This document shows, one piece after another, positions 42,288 to 53,546 of a stretch of 64,000 nucleotides of DNA. Under the pieces are notes generated by a model that had not been told where the DNA came from, ran no database searches, and was given only the letters and a program-made list of their open reading frames with translations. This stretch comes from Alphaproteobacteria bacterium (lineage in GTDB: Bacteria; Pseudomonadota; Alphaproteobacteria; MPNO01). The DNA is taken from NCBI GenBank assembly GCA_965242495.1, contig OZ251446.1:2820559-2884558 (forward strand), given 5' to 3'. Position numbers and translations under genes: made by a program. How positions within the stretch are numbered: the first letter of the stretch is position 1; the number at the start of each line of letters is the position of its first letter.

Positions 42288-44376
42288 CGCCGCCGGGCTC
42301 GCGCTCCACGATCAGGTTGAGGAGCGGATCGACCGCCGCCGCCCAGCCGGGCGGGACGACGGCGGTGGCGTCGAACTGCTCGACGATGGCCGGGCCGTCG
42401 ATCCGCGCCCCGACCGGGAGGCGGTCGCGGTCGTAGACCGCAGTGTCGATTCCGGTCTCGCCGTCGAAGAAGACGTCGCGGCGGCCCTTGGACGCGCCGC
42501 CGAGGCCGGCGGGCATGGGCGCGGGCGCGGGTTCGTATTTGGGAACCTCGACGCGGGCGCGGAGCCGGTAGCTCACGACCTCGACCTCCTTCTCGCGCGC
42601 CGCGTGGCCGTGGATGCGCCGATGGCGTTCGTCGAAGCGGTCGCGCGCCGCGGCCATCGCCGGCGGGTCCAGGGCGGGCGCGCCAAGACCGTCGAGCGGG
42701 ACGCGGAGCTCGTAGCCCTGCCCCGCGTAGCGCAGGTCGAGCTCGCGCTCGAAGGCGGCGGCGGCCGGGTCCAGCCCCTCCGCCTCGATCTCGCTTGCGG
42801 CCCGCGCCTCGAGCTCGGCGAAGATCGCCTCCGCCCGCGCCGGCGCCACCCGCGCCAGCGGCTGGAGGGCGGAGCGCACGTAGTCGTGGACCACGTCGGT
42901 GCAGAGGAGGCCGAGGGCGGAGAAGGCGCCGGGCTGGCGCGGCACCAGGATGCGGCGGATGCCGAGCTCGGCCGCGACCGAGGCGGCATGGACCGCGCCG
43001 GCCCCGCCGAAGGGGAGCAGCGTGAAGTCCTGCGCATCGACCCCGCGCTTGGCCGCGACCACGCGAACCTCGTCGGCCATGCGCATATCGACGATACGGC
43101 GAATCCCGGCGGCCGCGGCGCGGACGCCGAGCCCCATCGGACGTCCCACCTTGGCCTCCAGCGCGGCGGCGGCGGCGGCGGCGTCGAGCGGTTGCGCGCC
43201 GCCCAGGAAATAGGCCGCATCCAGCATCCCGCACAGCAGGTCGGCGTCGGTGACGGTAGGATCGGCGCCGCCCTTGCCGTAGCAGACCGGGCCGGGGTCG
43301 GCGCCGGCGCTGCGCGGCCCGACGGACAGGAATCCGCCGCGGTCCATCCAGGCGATCGAGCCGCCGCCGGCGGAGATCGTCGTCAGGTCGAGGGCGGGCG
43401 CGTCGACCGGCCGGCGGGCTACGACGCTCTCCGTCACTTCGAGCGGCGCGCCGTCCTCGATGAAGGCGATGTCGCAGCTGGTGCCGCCCATGTCGAGCGT
43501 AACCAGCCCGCGCCGCGCGTCGCCGCGGACGAGATGGGCGCTCGCCCGCGCGCCCGCGGCCGGCCCCGACAGCAGGGTGTGGACGGCCTTGCCGCCGCCG
43601 ACCGCGGCGGCGAAGGGCATCACCCCGCCGTTGGACTGCATCAGGAAGCGCTGCCGGGTGCGCAGGCCGGCCTCGTCGAGACCGGCGGCGAGATGCGTCA
43701 GATAACGGACCAGCACCGGTTCGAGATAGGCGTTCAGGAGCGTAGTCGACATGCGCGGCCATTCGCGAATGCGCGGCAGCACGTCGGACGACAGCGACAC
43801 GCAGACGTCGGGCAGCGCCGCGGCCAGGATGCGCTTGGTCTCGCGCTCGTGGCGCGGGTTCATGAAGGAGAACAGGTAGCAGACCGCGATCGACTCGACG
43901 CCGGCGGCGGCGAGCTCGTCGGCGGCCAGACGCACCGCAGCCTCGTCGAGCGGGGTCAGCTCGTTGCCCTCGAAGTCGATCCGACCGGGGATCTCGCGGG
44001 TCAGGCTCTGCGGGGCGATGGGGACCGGCTTGCGGTAGAAATAGTCGAACGGGTTGCCGTCGCGCGCTTGGCCCTGGACCTCCTGAATGGCGCGGTAGCC
44101 GGCGTTGATCAGCAGCCCCACCTTCGCCCCGCGCATCTCCAGCAGAGCGTTGGTGGTGATCGTCGTCCCGTGGGCGAAGAACTCCACCTCCGCCGGGTCG
44201 GCGCGACCCCGGAGCAGCCGCGCCGCGCCGTCGAGGACCGCGAGCGCCGGGTTGGCCGGGGTCGTCGCCGCCTTCTCGACGGCGAGCGCGCCGTTCGTCG
44301 TATCCAACAGCACCAGGTCGGTATGGGTGCCGCCGACGTCGACGCCGATGCGGTAACGGGCGCGCGGCGCGGCCAT
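42280..44376 (-). CDS. Hydantoinase/oxoprolinase A-family subunit (HyuA-like), copy 2
   Basis: YRIGVDVGGTHTDLVL, AHGTTITTNALLE and TLDMGGTSCDIA. Confidence 0.85.
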   Translation of the reverse strand: MAAPRARYRIGVDVGGTHTDLVLLDTTNGALAVEKAATTPANPALAVLDGAARLLRGRADPAEVEFFAHGTTITTNALLEMRGAKVGLLINAGYRAIQEVQGQARDGNPFDYFYRKPVPIAPQSLTREIPGRIDFEGNELTPLDEAAVRLAADELAAAGVESIAVCYLFSFMNPRHERETKRILAAALPDVCVSLSSDVLPRIREWPRMSTTLLNAYLEPVLVRYLTHLAAGLDEAGLRTRQRFLMQSNGGVMPFAAAVGGGKAVHTLLSGPAAGARASAHLVRGDARRGLVTLDMGGTSCDIAFIEDGAPLEVTESVVARRPVDAPALDLTTISAGGGSIAWMDRGGFLSVGPRSAGADPGPVCYGKGGADPTVTDADLLCGMLDAAYFLGGAQPLDAAAAAAALEAKVGRPMGLGVRAAAAGIRRIVDMRMADEVRVVAAKRGVDAQDFTLLPFGGAGAVHAASVAAELGIRRILVPRQPGAFSALGLLCTDVVHDYVRSALQPLARVAPARAEAIFAELEARAASEIEAEGLDPAAAAFERELDLRYAGQGYELRVPLDGLGAPALDPPAMAAARDRFDERHRRIHGHAAREKEVEVVSYRLRARVEVPKYEPAPAPMPAGLGGASKGRRDVFFDGETGIDTAVYDRDRLPVGARIDGPAIVEQFDATAVVPPGWAAAVDPLLNLIVEREPGGDG

Positions 44377-44861
44377 CAGCGTCCGCCGTCGTCGCGATGG
44401 CGGCGATCGTGGTCGTGGTCGTGGCCGTGGCCGTGGTCGCGGCCGTGCGAATGCTCGTCGGGTCGGAGCATCGCCCGCGGCAGCATCCGTTCGATCTCGC
44501 CATGCAGCGCTCGCGCCTGGAACGGCGTCACGGCGAAGCCCAGGTCGAAGCCGAACATGCGGGCGACCAGAACGATCTCGTCGGAGGCCATGCCGCGCAT
44601 GAATCCGAGATCGGACGTCTCGATCGGCGACACGGCGACGTTGTCCGCGCCGCCGAACCGGTGCGGCGTGACCTGGGGCCGTCTGGCCGCGGCGAGCTGC
44701 CCGACCCCGATCAGATAGGCGATGATCCGCTCGAGGTCGGCGTGATCGCAGTCCACGTCGACATGCCGTCCGCCGCGGCCCTCGATGCGAAAGCGAACGC
44801 GGCCGCCGTCGTCCGCCGCGGCCCCTGACAACCCCGTCAACATCAGCGGTCCGTCGCCCAT
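44376..44861 (-). CDS. Hypothetical 161-aa protein with a His/Asp-rich C-terminal tail, coupled to hyuA copy 2
   Basis: Starts MGDGPLMLTG (ATG at 44861) and ends ...DEHSHGRDHGHGHDHDHDRRHRDDGGR. Its stop TGA shares one base with the hyuA ATG (TGATG). The upstream 308 codons of the track ORF are antisense to pip. Confidence 0.5.
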   Translation of the reverse strand: MGDGPLMLTGLSGAAADDGGRVRFRIEGRGGRHVDVDCDHADLERIIAYLIGVGQLAAARRPQVTPHRFGGADNVAVSPIETSDLGFMRGMASDEIVLVARMFGFDLGFAVTPFQARALHGEIERMLPRAMLRPDEHSHGRDHGHGHDHDHDRRHRDDGGR

Positions 44862-44914
44862 CGAGCGCCCCTCCGTCGGGCCGCCGGCGCGGCGCGCGAT
44901 GGCGCCGGCGCCGC

Positions 44915-45865
44915 TCACAGCCGGTTCTTGAACTCCTCCATCGCCGACAACAGCGCGGTGCGGATTCCCGGGTCCATCGCCGAATGACCCGAATCGGGGA
45001 CGACGACGTAGCGCGCCTCCGGCCACGCCCGGTGCAGCTCGTCGGCGGTGACGATCGGGCACACCATGTCGTAGCGCCCCTGGACGATCGTCCCCGGGAT
45101 CGCGCGCAGCTTGCCGACGTTCGCCAACAGCGCGTCGGGCGGCAGGAACAGGTCGTTGACGAAATAATGCGTCTCGATGCGGGCGAGGCCCGCCGCCATC
45201 GAGTCCTCGCTGAAGGCGGCCACGGTCTCCGGGCTCGGCAGCAGCGTCGAGCACGACCCCTCGTAGCGGCTCCAGGCCTGGGCCGCGGGCAGCCGGACCG
45301 CCGGGTCGGGGTCGAGCAGCCGCCGGTGATAGGCGCGCAGGATGTCGTCGCGCTCCGATTCGGGCAGCGGCGCGACGAAGGCCCGCCAGGTTTCGGGAAA
45401 CACCGTGCGCAGCCCGTAAAGGAACCAGCGGACCTCCTGCGGCCGGCCGAGGAAGATCCCGCGCAGGATCAGACCGAGGCAGCGCTCGGGGTGTCGCTCG
45501 GCGTAGGCCAGGGCCAGGGTGCTGCCCCAGGAGCCGCCGAACAGAAGCCAGCCGTCGATGCCGAGCGCGGCGCGCAGCCGCTCCATGTCGGCGATCAGAT
45601 GGTCGGTGGTGTTGTTCTCGAGCGCGCCGCGCGGCGTCGAGCGGCCGGCGCCGCGCTGATCGAAGACGACGATGCGGTAGAAGGCGGGATCGAAGAACCG
45701 CCGATGCGTCGGGATCGCCCCGGCGCCGGGGCCGCCATGCAGGAACACGACCGGAGCGCCGTCGGGGTTGCCGCACTGTTCCCAATACATCGCATGGGTG
45801 TCGTCGAGCCGCATACGGCCGGTCTCGTAAGGCTCTATGGGCGGGTGCAGCTGTTCGCGTATCAT
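44915..45865 (-). CDS. pip: Prolyl aminopeptidase (proline iminopeptidase)
   Basis: Starts MIREQLHPPIEPYETG. Motifs are VVFLHGGPGAG, FDQRGAGRS, the nucleophile elbow GGSWGSTLALAY and SGHSA. Confidence 0.88.
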   Translation of the reverse strand: MIREQLHPPIEPYETGRMRLDDTHAMYWEQCGNPDGAPVVFLHGGPGAGAIPTHRRFFDPAFYRIVVFDQRGAGRSTPRGALENNTTDHLIADMERLRAALGIDGWLLFGGSWGSTLALAYAERHPERCLGLILRGIFLGRPQEVRWFLYGLRTVFPETWRAFVAPLPESERDDILRAYHRRLLDPDPAVRLPAAQAWSRYEGSCSTLLPSPETVAAFSEDSMAAGLARIETHYFVNDLFLPPDALLANVGKLRAIPGTIVQGRYDMVCPIVTADELHRAWPEARYVVVPDSGHSAMDPGIRTALLSAMEEFKNRL

Positions 45866-45950
45866 GGCGTGACGGCCCCGCCTCGCGACGCCCGCGCCGG
45901 GCGGATCGGCCGGAGCCGTATCGTCCTGACGGTCGGGACGGCGGGAGCGC

Positions 45951-46811
45951 ATGGCGAGACTCGCGAAGTGTACCGCGCGGGCGGCGCCGGGCAAGGACCG
46001 GCGTCGGAAGCGCCTCTCATACAGGGTCGCGTGCGGCTTCGCCAGCCTGCTGCCGGCCGCGACGGCTGCCGCCGCCGCCGAGCCGCCCCGCGACGCGCGG
46101 GTCGTGGCGGAAGACCGGGTGGCGGCGATCGTCGACGGCGACACGCTGCGGCTCGCCGGCGGCCTCGAGCTGCGGCTCACCGGCATCCAGGCGCCCAAGC
46201 TGCCGCTCGGCCGGCCGCATGTCGACAAGTGGCCGCTGGCCGACGAGGCGAAGGCGGCGCTCGCCGAGCTGACCCTGGGCGCCGCGGTCCGGCTACGCTA
46301 TGGCGGGCGCCGGATCGATCGCTACGGCCGTCTGCTCGCCCATCTGTTCGACCCGCGCGGCCGTTGGATCCAGGGCGAGATGCTGTCGCGGGGGCTGGCG
46401 CGGGTCTACACCTTCGCCGACAACCGGACGCGGGCGGCGGAGATGCTGGCCCTCGAACGGGCGGCGCGCGCGGCCGGGCGCGGCATCTGGTCGCACCCCC
46501 ACTATCGGATCCGCGACGCGGCCGACGCGGTCGGCCTGTCCCGGCTCGCCGCCTCGTTCCAGATCGTCGAAGGGCGGGTGCGCGACGCGGCGCTCGTCCG
46601 CCGCCGCCTCTATCTCAACTTCGGCGCCGACTGGCGGACCGACTTCACGGTCACGGCGGCGCCCCGTCACCGGCGGTCGTTCGCCGCCGAGGGGGATCCC
46701 GTCGCCCGCTACCGGGGCCGGCGCGTGCGCGTGCGCGGCTGGCTGAAGCGGTTCAACGGACCCATGATCGAGGTCGACCACCCCGAACGGATCGAGCTGC
46801 TGGACCGCTGA
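45951..46811 (+). CDS. Staphylococcal-nuclease (SNase/thermonuclease)-like protein with a C-terminal extension
   Basis: VDGDTLRL...LRLTGIQAPK...IDRYGRLLAHL...GEMLSRGLARVY...AARAAGRGIWS is the SNc pattern. The exact start is uncertain. Confidence 0.68.
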   Translation: MARLAKCTARAAPGKDRRRKRLSYRVACGFASLLPAATAAAAAEPPRDARVVAEDRVAAIVDGDTLRLAGGLELRLTGIQAPKLPLGRPHVDKWPLADEAKAALAELTLGAAVRLRYGGRRIDRYGRLLAHLFDPRGRWIQGEMLSRGLARVYTFADNRTRAAEMLALERAARAAGRGIWSHPHYRIRDAADAVGLSRLAASFQIVEGRVRDAALVRRRLYLNFGADWRTDFTVTAAPRHRRSFAAEGDPVARYRGRRVRVRGWLKRFNGPMIEVDHPERIELLDR

Positions 46812-46821
46812 ACCGGGCCGG

Positions 46822-47309
46822 TCAGGCGCGGCCGCGGGCGGGCGAGTCCCACAGCAACAGGCGGAGGACGTCGCGCGCGCGGGCCTCGACGTCGACGCCC
46901 TGGCTCGCCCGCGGCCCGGCGACGTTGAGGACGCGGATGCCGTGCTCGGCGATCCAGCGCCGCGCCGCCGCCGCGTCCGCCGCCGGATCGTGGCGCCCGC
47001 CCGCGAGATCGAGGACCAGGAGGGACCGGCCCAGCCGGCCGGCATGGGCCGCGGCGGCGCGCGTCCCGCCGGCGGGCGGTCCCCAGCCCAGCACCAGCGT
47101 CCCGTCGGAATCCCGGACGTTGAGGCGCGTGCGCTCGATATAGCGCCGGCTGCCCGTCTCGGTCAGCGGGTAGCGAGGCGGGATTTTCCGGTCCTCGGCG
47201 CGGCGGCCGCGCGGGCGCCGTCCGCCGCAGGCGATCCCGGCGTCCAGCGCGGCGTCGAGCGCCGCCCGGTCGACGCCGGTCTCCCGCCCGACGCCGCGCG
47301 CTCGATCAC
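46822..47309 (-). pseudogene. cpYpsA / 'MoCo-carrier'-type SLOG-family gene interrupted by a 1-nt frame change
   Basis: The GTG at 47309 overlaps the upstream stop (GTGA) and reads VIERAASGG. The family signature then continues in the -1 frame from 47283: ETGVDRAALDAALDAGI...RRAED..IPPRYPL..RTRLNVRDSDGTLVL...VLNVAGPRAS. The span is 488 nt, which is not a multiple of 3. Confidence 0.6.
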
Positions 47310-47800
47310 GCGGCGCCCGCCGGCGCCAGAGGGCCGCTCCGCAACCACCCCGCCAGCGCCTTGTCGGGATCGGCGATCTCGTCGAGCGAGCGGTACCAAT
47401 GGGCCTCCCAGCCGATTTCCGGCAGACCGGCGAAGAGCATCAGGTTCAGCGGGTACTCCTCGGAGTCGGTGCAGCGGCGGAAATCGTCCCGGAACAGGAA
47501 GACCGGCTTCTCCCAGGCGATCGCCATGCCCAGCTCCACCATCACCCCTTCGTCCGGCGGACAACCGTTGACCACCGCGAACAACCCGTCGGCCATGCGC
47601 ACGTCGCGAAGGTCGGCCTGGCCGATGCGGTAGGCCCAGCCGGGTCTCGCCCGGTCGGTCTGGTTGTTGCGGGCGAAGGGCTCCCAGACCTCCGCGCCCG
47701 CGGCCTCCAGGGCGGCGGCCAGGGCGGCCAGCGGCCCCTGGCGCTGCTGCGCGGAGAAGCCGTAGGGGTTGGCCAGATACAGGGTCTTGCGCGGCGTCAT
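47306..47800 (-). CDS. Nucleoside 2-deoxyribosyltransferase-like protein
   Basis: The N-terminal LYLANPYGFS and the catalytic-region DEGVMVELGMAIAWEKPVFLF match the Nuc_deoxyrib_tr pattern. Confidence 0.7.
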   Translation of the reverse strand: MTPRKTLYLANPYGFSAQQRQGPLAALAAALEAAGAEVWEPFARNNQTDRARPGWAYRIGQADLRDVRMADGLFAVVNGCPPDEGVMVELGMAIAWEKPVFLFRDDFRRCTDSEEYPLNLMLFAGLPEIGWEAHWYRSLDEIADPDKALAGWLRSGPLAPAGAA

Positions 47801-47854
47801 GCCGACCCGTCCGCCCGGTCGGGGCGGCCGCCGTCGGAGCTGCGGGCGTCCATC

Positions 47855-48832
47855 TCAGTGCTCCTTGACGTAGGGAACGCCGCTCGCCCGGGGGGGCGTC
47901 GCCTTGCCGACGAAGCCCGCGAGCAGCAATACGGTCAGAAGATAGGGGATAGCCTGAATCGCCTGCACCGGTACGACGCCGACGCCGGGGATGTCGACCC
48001 CCTGGAGCCTCGCCTGCACGGCGTCGGCGAAGGCGAAGAGGAAACAGGCGAAGAGCGTCGGCGCCGGGCGCCACTTGCCGAAGATCAGGGCGGCGAGGGC
48101 AAGGTAGCCCATGCCCGCGGTCATGTCGCGGAGGAACAGGGCATTCTGCGCGATCGAGAGCGAGACGCCGGCGACGCCGCAGAGAACGCCGCACAGGATC
48201 ATCGCCCGGTAGCGCATCCCGGCGACGGAGACGCCGGCGGTGTCCACGGCTTCGGGCGCCTCGCCGACCGCCCGCAACCGCAGCCCGAACCGGGTCCGGT
48301 AGATCAGCCAGGCCGCGAGCGGGACCATGCCGAGCGCGACGTAGACGATCAGATTGTGGCCGCTGGCGATCTCCGAATAGATCTGACCCAGGAACGGCAA
48401 GTCGCTCAGCCGGTCGGCGAAGGGGAGGTGGAGCGGGCGGAAGCGCGCCCCGTCGCCGACCACGGGCGTTCGGCCGCCCTGTCCGAACCAGGCGAGGGCC
48501 AGCACCGGCCCGAGGCCGGCGACCAGGATGTTGAGCGCCATGCCCGACACCACCTGATTGCCGTTATGGGTCACGCAGGCGAAGGCATGGACCAGGGCGA
48601 GGGCGACCGAGACCGCGACGCCGGCGAGCAGGCCGATCCAGGGCGAGCCCGAGGCGAAAGCGGCCGCGGCCGCGGCGAAGGCCGCGCCCAGCATCTTGCC
48701 TTCGAGGCCGATATCGACCACGCCCGATCGCTCGGCGAACAGGCCCGCGAAGGCGGCCAGGATCAGCGGCGTCGAGACGCGGAGCGTCGCGTCGATCGCG
48801 AGGACCAGCCATTCGACCGCCGCCAGGGCCAT
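47855..48832 (-). CDS. ABC transporter permease (BMP/nucleoside-type, YufQ/NupQ-like)
   Basis: Starts MALAAVEWLVLAID (ATG at 48832) and is polytopic. The ABC-2/BPD region is FGLRLRAVGEAPEAVDTAGVSV. Confidence 0.85.
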   Translation of the reverse strand: MALAAVEWLVLAIDATLRVSTPLILAAFAGLFAERSGVVDIGLEGKMLGAAFAAAAAAFASGSPWIGLLAGVAVSVALALVHAFACVTHNGNQVVSGMALNILVAGLGPVLALAWFGQGGRTPVVGDGARFRPLHLPFADRLSDLPFLGQIYSEIASGHNLIVYVALGMVPLAAWLIYRTRFGLRLRAVGEAPEAVDTAGVSVAGMRYRAMILCGVLCGVAGVSLSIAQNALFLRDMTAGMGYLALAALIFGKWRPAPTLFACFLFAFADAVQARLQGVDIPGVGVVPVQAIQAIPYLLTVLLLAGFVGKATPPRASGVPYVKEH

Positions 48833-48840
48833 GCCGCCGC

Positions 48841-49952
48841 CTACGTCGCCGTCCGGGGCGCCCGGCGCGCGAACAGAAGCTCGATGCGCGCGCGGAACAT
48901 GTGTTCGAGCGCCCCGGAGAACAGGATCACCAGGCCCTGGAGCACGACCACCATGTCGCGGGTCACGTTGGGCATGTCGAAGGCGAGTTCGGAACCGCCC
49001 TGGTAGAGCGCGCCGAACAGCAAGGCGGCGAGCAGAATGCCGACCGGGTGGTTGCGGCCCATCAGCGCCACCGCGATGCCGACGAAGCCGTAGCCGGCGG
49101 TGAACTCCAGCAGCAGGCGGTGGTGGACGCCCAGGATCTCGTTGACGCCGACGAGGCCGGCGAGGCCGCCCGAGACCGCCATCGCCAGCATGATCGCGCG
49201 CGCCGGCGAAATCCCGCCATAGACCGCGGCCGATTCGTTGTGGCCGACGACGCGGATCTCGTAGCCCCAGCGGGTGCGCCAGACGAAGAGCCAGAACAGA
49301 ACCAGACAGGCCAGCGCGAGGACGACGCTCAGATTGAGCGACGACCGGCCGACATCGAGGCCGAACGGGGCGAGCAGGTCGTGCAGGAAAGGCAACCGCG
49401 CCCCCGGCGCGAAGGCCCGACTCTCCGCCGATTGCTGGCCCGGCCGGATCAGCACCTCGACCAGGAGATAGGTCATCAGCGCGGCGGCCAGGAAGTTGAA
49501 CATGATCGTGGTGATCACGACGTGGCTGCCCCGCCGCGCCTGCAACCAGCCGGGAACGAAGCCCCAGACGGCCCCGAACGCCGCCGCCGCGGCGACGGCG
49601 AGCGGGATCGCGACGGGGGCGGGCCAGTCGTCCAGCGCGAGCGCCGCCAGCCCGGCGCCGAGCCCGCCGAGATAGGCTTGGCCTTCGCCGCCGATATTGA
49701 ACAGGCCGCAATGGAAGGCGACCGCGACGGCGAGCCCGGTGAAGACGAAGTTGGTGGCGTAGTACAGGGTATAGCCGATCGCCTCCGGGTACCCCGCCGC
49801 CCCGCGCGCCAGGAGGCGGAGCGCCGCCAGCGGATCCTCGCCGATCAGGGCGACGATGACGCCGGCGACGACCAGCGCGAAGGCGAGGTTGACGAGTGGG
49901 ACCAGGCCGTAGCCGACCCAGGCCGGCGCCCGCGTCGGTCCGCCGAAGCCGC

Positions 49953-49956
<4 letters not shown>
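48841..49956 (-). CDS. ABC transporter permease (BMP/nucleoside-type, YufP/NupP-like)
   Basis: The GTG at 49956 overlaps the ATPase stop (GTGA). NIGGEGQAYLG and WGYEIRVVGHNESAAVYGGIS are present. Confidence 0.85.
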
Positions 49957-51545
<1,589 letters not shown>

Positions 51546-51555
51546 GCGATGCGGG

Positions 51556-52539
51556 CTATCGCGCCGTATAGTCGGTCACCCGGGTCCTGCCGGCCACGAT
51601 GTCCTGCCGGGCGCGCTCGATCGCGGCCTCCATCCCGGCCGAGACGAGGCGCCGGTTGTAGGAGTCGAGCGCCCAGCCGACCCCGTTCTCGGCGAGGCCG
51701 AGGACCCGGACGCCGCTCCGCCAGCTGCCGTTCCGGGCGCTCTCGAAGGCTTCGTAGACGACGACGTCGACGCGCTTGACCATCGAGGTCAGCATGGTGC
51801 CGGGGAAGAGATAGTTCTGGTTGCTGTCCACGCCGATGGCGAGCTTGCCGGCGTCCTTGGCGGCCTGGTAGACGCCGATGCCGGTGCCGCCGGCCGCGGC
51901 GTAGACTACGTCGGCGCCGCGGTCGAACTGGCTGCGCGCGAGCTCGCCGCCCCGGGTCGGATCGTTCCATGCCGCCGGCGTCGTCCCGGTCATGTTCTGG
52001 TATATCTCGATGTCGGGATCGACGCGACGGGCGCCCTCGACATAGCCAAGGGCGAACTTGCGGATCAGGGGAATGTCCATGCCGCCGACGAAGCCGATCT
52101 TGCCGGTCTTCGACGCCATCGCCGCGGCCATGCCGACCAGGAACGAGCCCTCATGCTCCTTGAAGATCACGGACTGCACGTTCGGCAGATCGACCGCCGT
52201 GTCGATGAGCGTGAATTTCGTCTGCGGGAACTCCCTGGCCACGACCTCGACCGCGGCGGCCCAGGCGAAGCCCATGGCGACGACGATCTGCGCGCCGCGC
52301 CGCGCCATGTTGCGGAGCGCCTGCTCGCGCATGGCGGGGTTGGCGACCTCGAAGTCGCGATAGGCGATGCCGGTCGCCGCCTTGAAGCGTTCGGCACCGT
52401 TGAACGCGGCTTCGTTGAACGATTTGTCGGACTTGCCGCCCAGGTCGTAGACGAGGGCGGGGGTGAACGCCGCCGCCGGGGTCATGCCGGCTGCCGCCAG
52501 CCCGCCCGCCGCGAGGGCGGCGCCGATGAGTCGCTTCAT
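51556..52539 (-). CDS. BMP-family (basic membrane protein/PnrA-Med-like) substrate-binding protein
   Basis: Signal peptide MKRLIGAALAAGGLAAAGMTPAAA. Motifs are DKSFNEAAFNG, GFVGGMDIPLI and GVDSNQ. Confidence 0.85.
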   Translation of the reverse strand: MKRLIGAALAAGGLAAAGMTPAAAFTPALVYDLGGKSDKSFNEAAFNGAERFKAATGIAYRDFEVANPAMREQALRNMARRGAQIVVAMGFAWAAAVEVVAREFPQTKFTLIDTAVDLPNVQSVIFKEHEGSFLVGMAAAMASKTGKIGFVGGMDIPLIRKFALGYVEGARRVDPDIEIYQNMTGTTPAAWNDPTRGGELARSQFDRGADVVYAAAGGTGIGVYQAAKDAGKLAIGVDSNQNYLFPGTMLTSMVKRVDVVVYEAFESARNGSWRSGVRVLGLAENGVGWALDSYNRRLVSAGMEAAIERARQDIVAGRTRVTDYTAR

Positions 52540-52588
52540 GGACCGGTCTCCCCTGGGATCTCCGCCGCGCCGGCGCCCGCGGATGCGG

Positions 52589-53089
52589 TCAGGCTGTCTT
52601 CTTCAGCACCGATTCCAGCTTCAGCGTCGCGGCCTCCCGGTCGATCTTCTCGACCAGGGCCAGCTCCTCCGCGAGGCGTTCGAGGGCCGCCTCGTACATC
52701 TGGCGCTCGCTGTAGGATTGATCGGGCTGGCCGGAGGCGCGGTGCAGGTCGCGCACGACTTCGGCGATCGAGATCGGATCGCCGCTGTTGATCTTGGCCT
52801 CGTATTCCTGGGCGCGCCGACTCCACATGCTGCGCTTGCTGCGGGCGCGCCCGCGCAGCGTCGTCATCGCCGACTGCATCTTGTCGCGGCTCGATATCTT
52901 CCGCAGCCCGGAATTCTTGATCTTTTCGACCGGCACGCGGAGCGTCATCTTCTCGGACTCGAACACGATGACGTAGAGTTGCAGGTCGAAGCCGGCGATC
53001 TCCTCGTTCTCGATTCCGAGCACCTTGCCCACGCCGTGGGTCGGGTAGACCACGTAGTCTCCCGGCGCGAAGGGCCGCTTGGCTGGCAT
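52589..53089 (-). CDS. carD: CarD-family RNA-polymerase-binding transcription regulator
   Basis: FAPGDYVVYPTHGVGKVLGIE..., MTLRVPVEK and SYSERQMYEAA. Confidence 0.9.
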   Translation of the reverse strand: MPAKRPFAPGDYVVYPTHGVGKVLGIENEEIAGFDLQLYVIVFESEKMTLRVPVEKIKNSGLRKISSRDKMQSAMTTLRGRARSKRSMWSRRAQEYEAKINSGDPISIAEVVRDLHRASGQPDQSYSERQMYEAALERLAEELALVEKIDREAATLKLESVLKKTA

Positions 53090-53104
53090 CGTCCCGGCCC
53101 GCGG

Positions 53105-53443
53105 TCAGCTCTGCGCCGCCGGGTTGGGGCTGAACTGCTCCTCGAACTTGTTGGCGACGTCCCGCCAATCGTCGGAGTCCGCCGGCGGCTCGCCCTTGCG
53201 CGTGATGTTGGGCCAGGTCTCGGAGTATTGCCGGTTGATCTCGACCCACTTCTCGGCGCCCTCGTCGGTGTCCGGGTGGATGGCCTCGACCGGGCATTCG
53301 GGCTCGCACACGCCGCAGTCGATGCATTCCTCCGGGTGGATGACGAGCATGTTCTCGCCTTCGTAGAAACAATCCACCGGGCAGACTTCCACGCAGTCCA
53401 TCAACTTGCACCGGATGCAACTTTCGTCGACAATGTAGGTCAT
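53105..53443 (-). CDS. fdxA: 7Fe ferredoxin (3Fe-4S + 4Fe-4S), FdxA type
   Basis: [29 protein letters not shown]...[16 protein letters not shown]. The start ATG is at 53443. Confidence 0.9.
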   Translation of the reverse strand: MTYIVDESCIRCKLMDCVEVCPVDCFYEGENMLVIHPEECIDCGVCEPECPVEAIHPDTDEGAEKWVEINRQYSETWPNITRKGEPPADSDDWRDVANKFEEQFSPNPAAQS

Positions 53444-53546
53444 CCTGCTCTCCGCGTCATCGGTCGTCCGTCCGGCGCGCCCGACCCCCCGGGCACCGAC
53501 GGGGAAACTAGTATCTTCGCCTTCGCGAACCAACCGTTTTGTGGCG

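Noticed and set aside
38862-42320. 1152-aa plus-strand ORF, the longest in the window
   Set aside because: It is antisense to folD, yggT and hyuB copy 2, all of which have clear family signatures. It has Arg/Asp/Gly-rich composition with no motifs. Its 5' part lies in the gene-poor gap, but it cannot be a real gene without reading through three real genes on the other strand.
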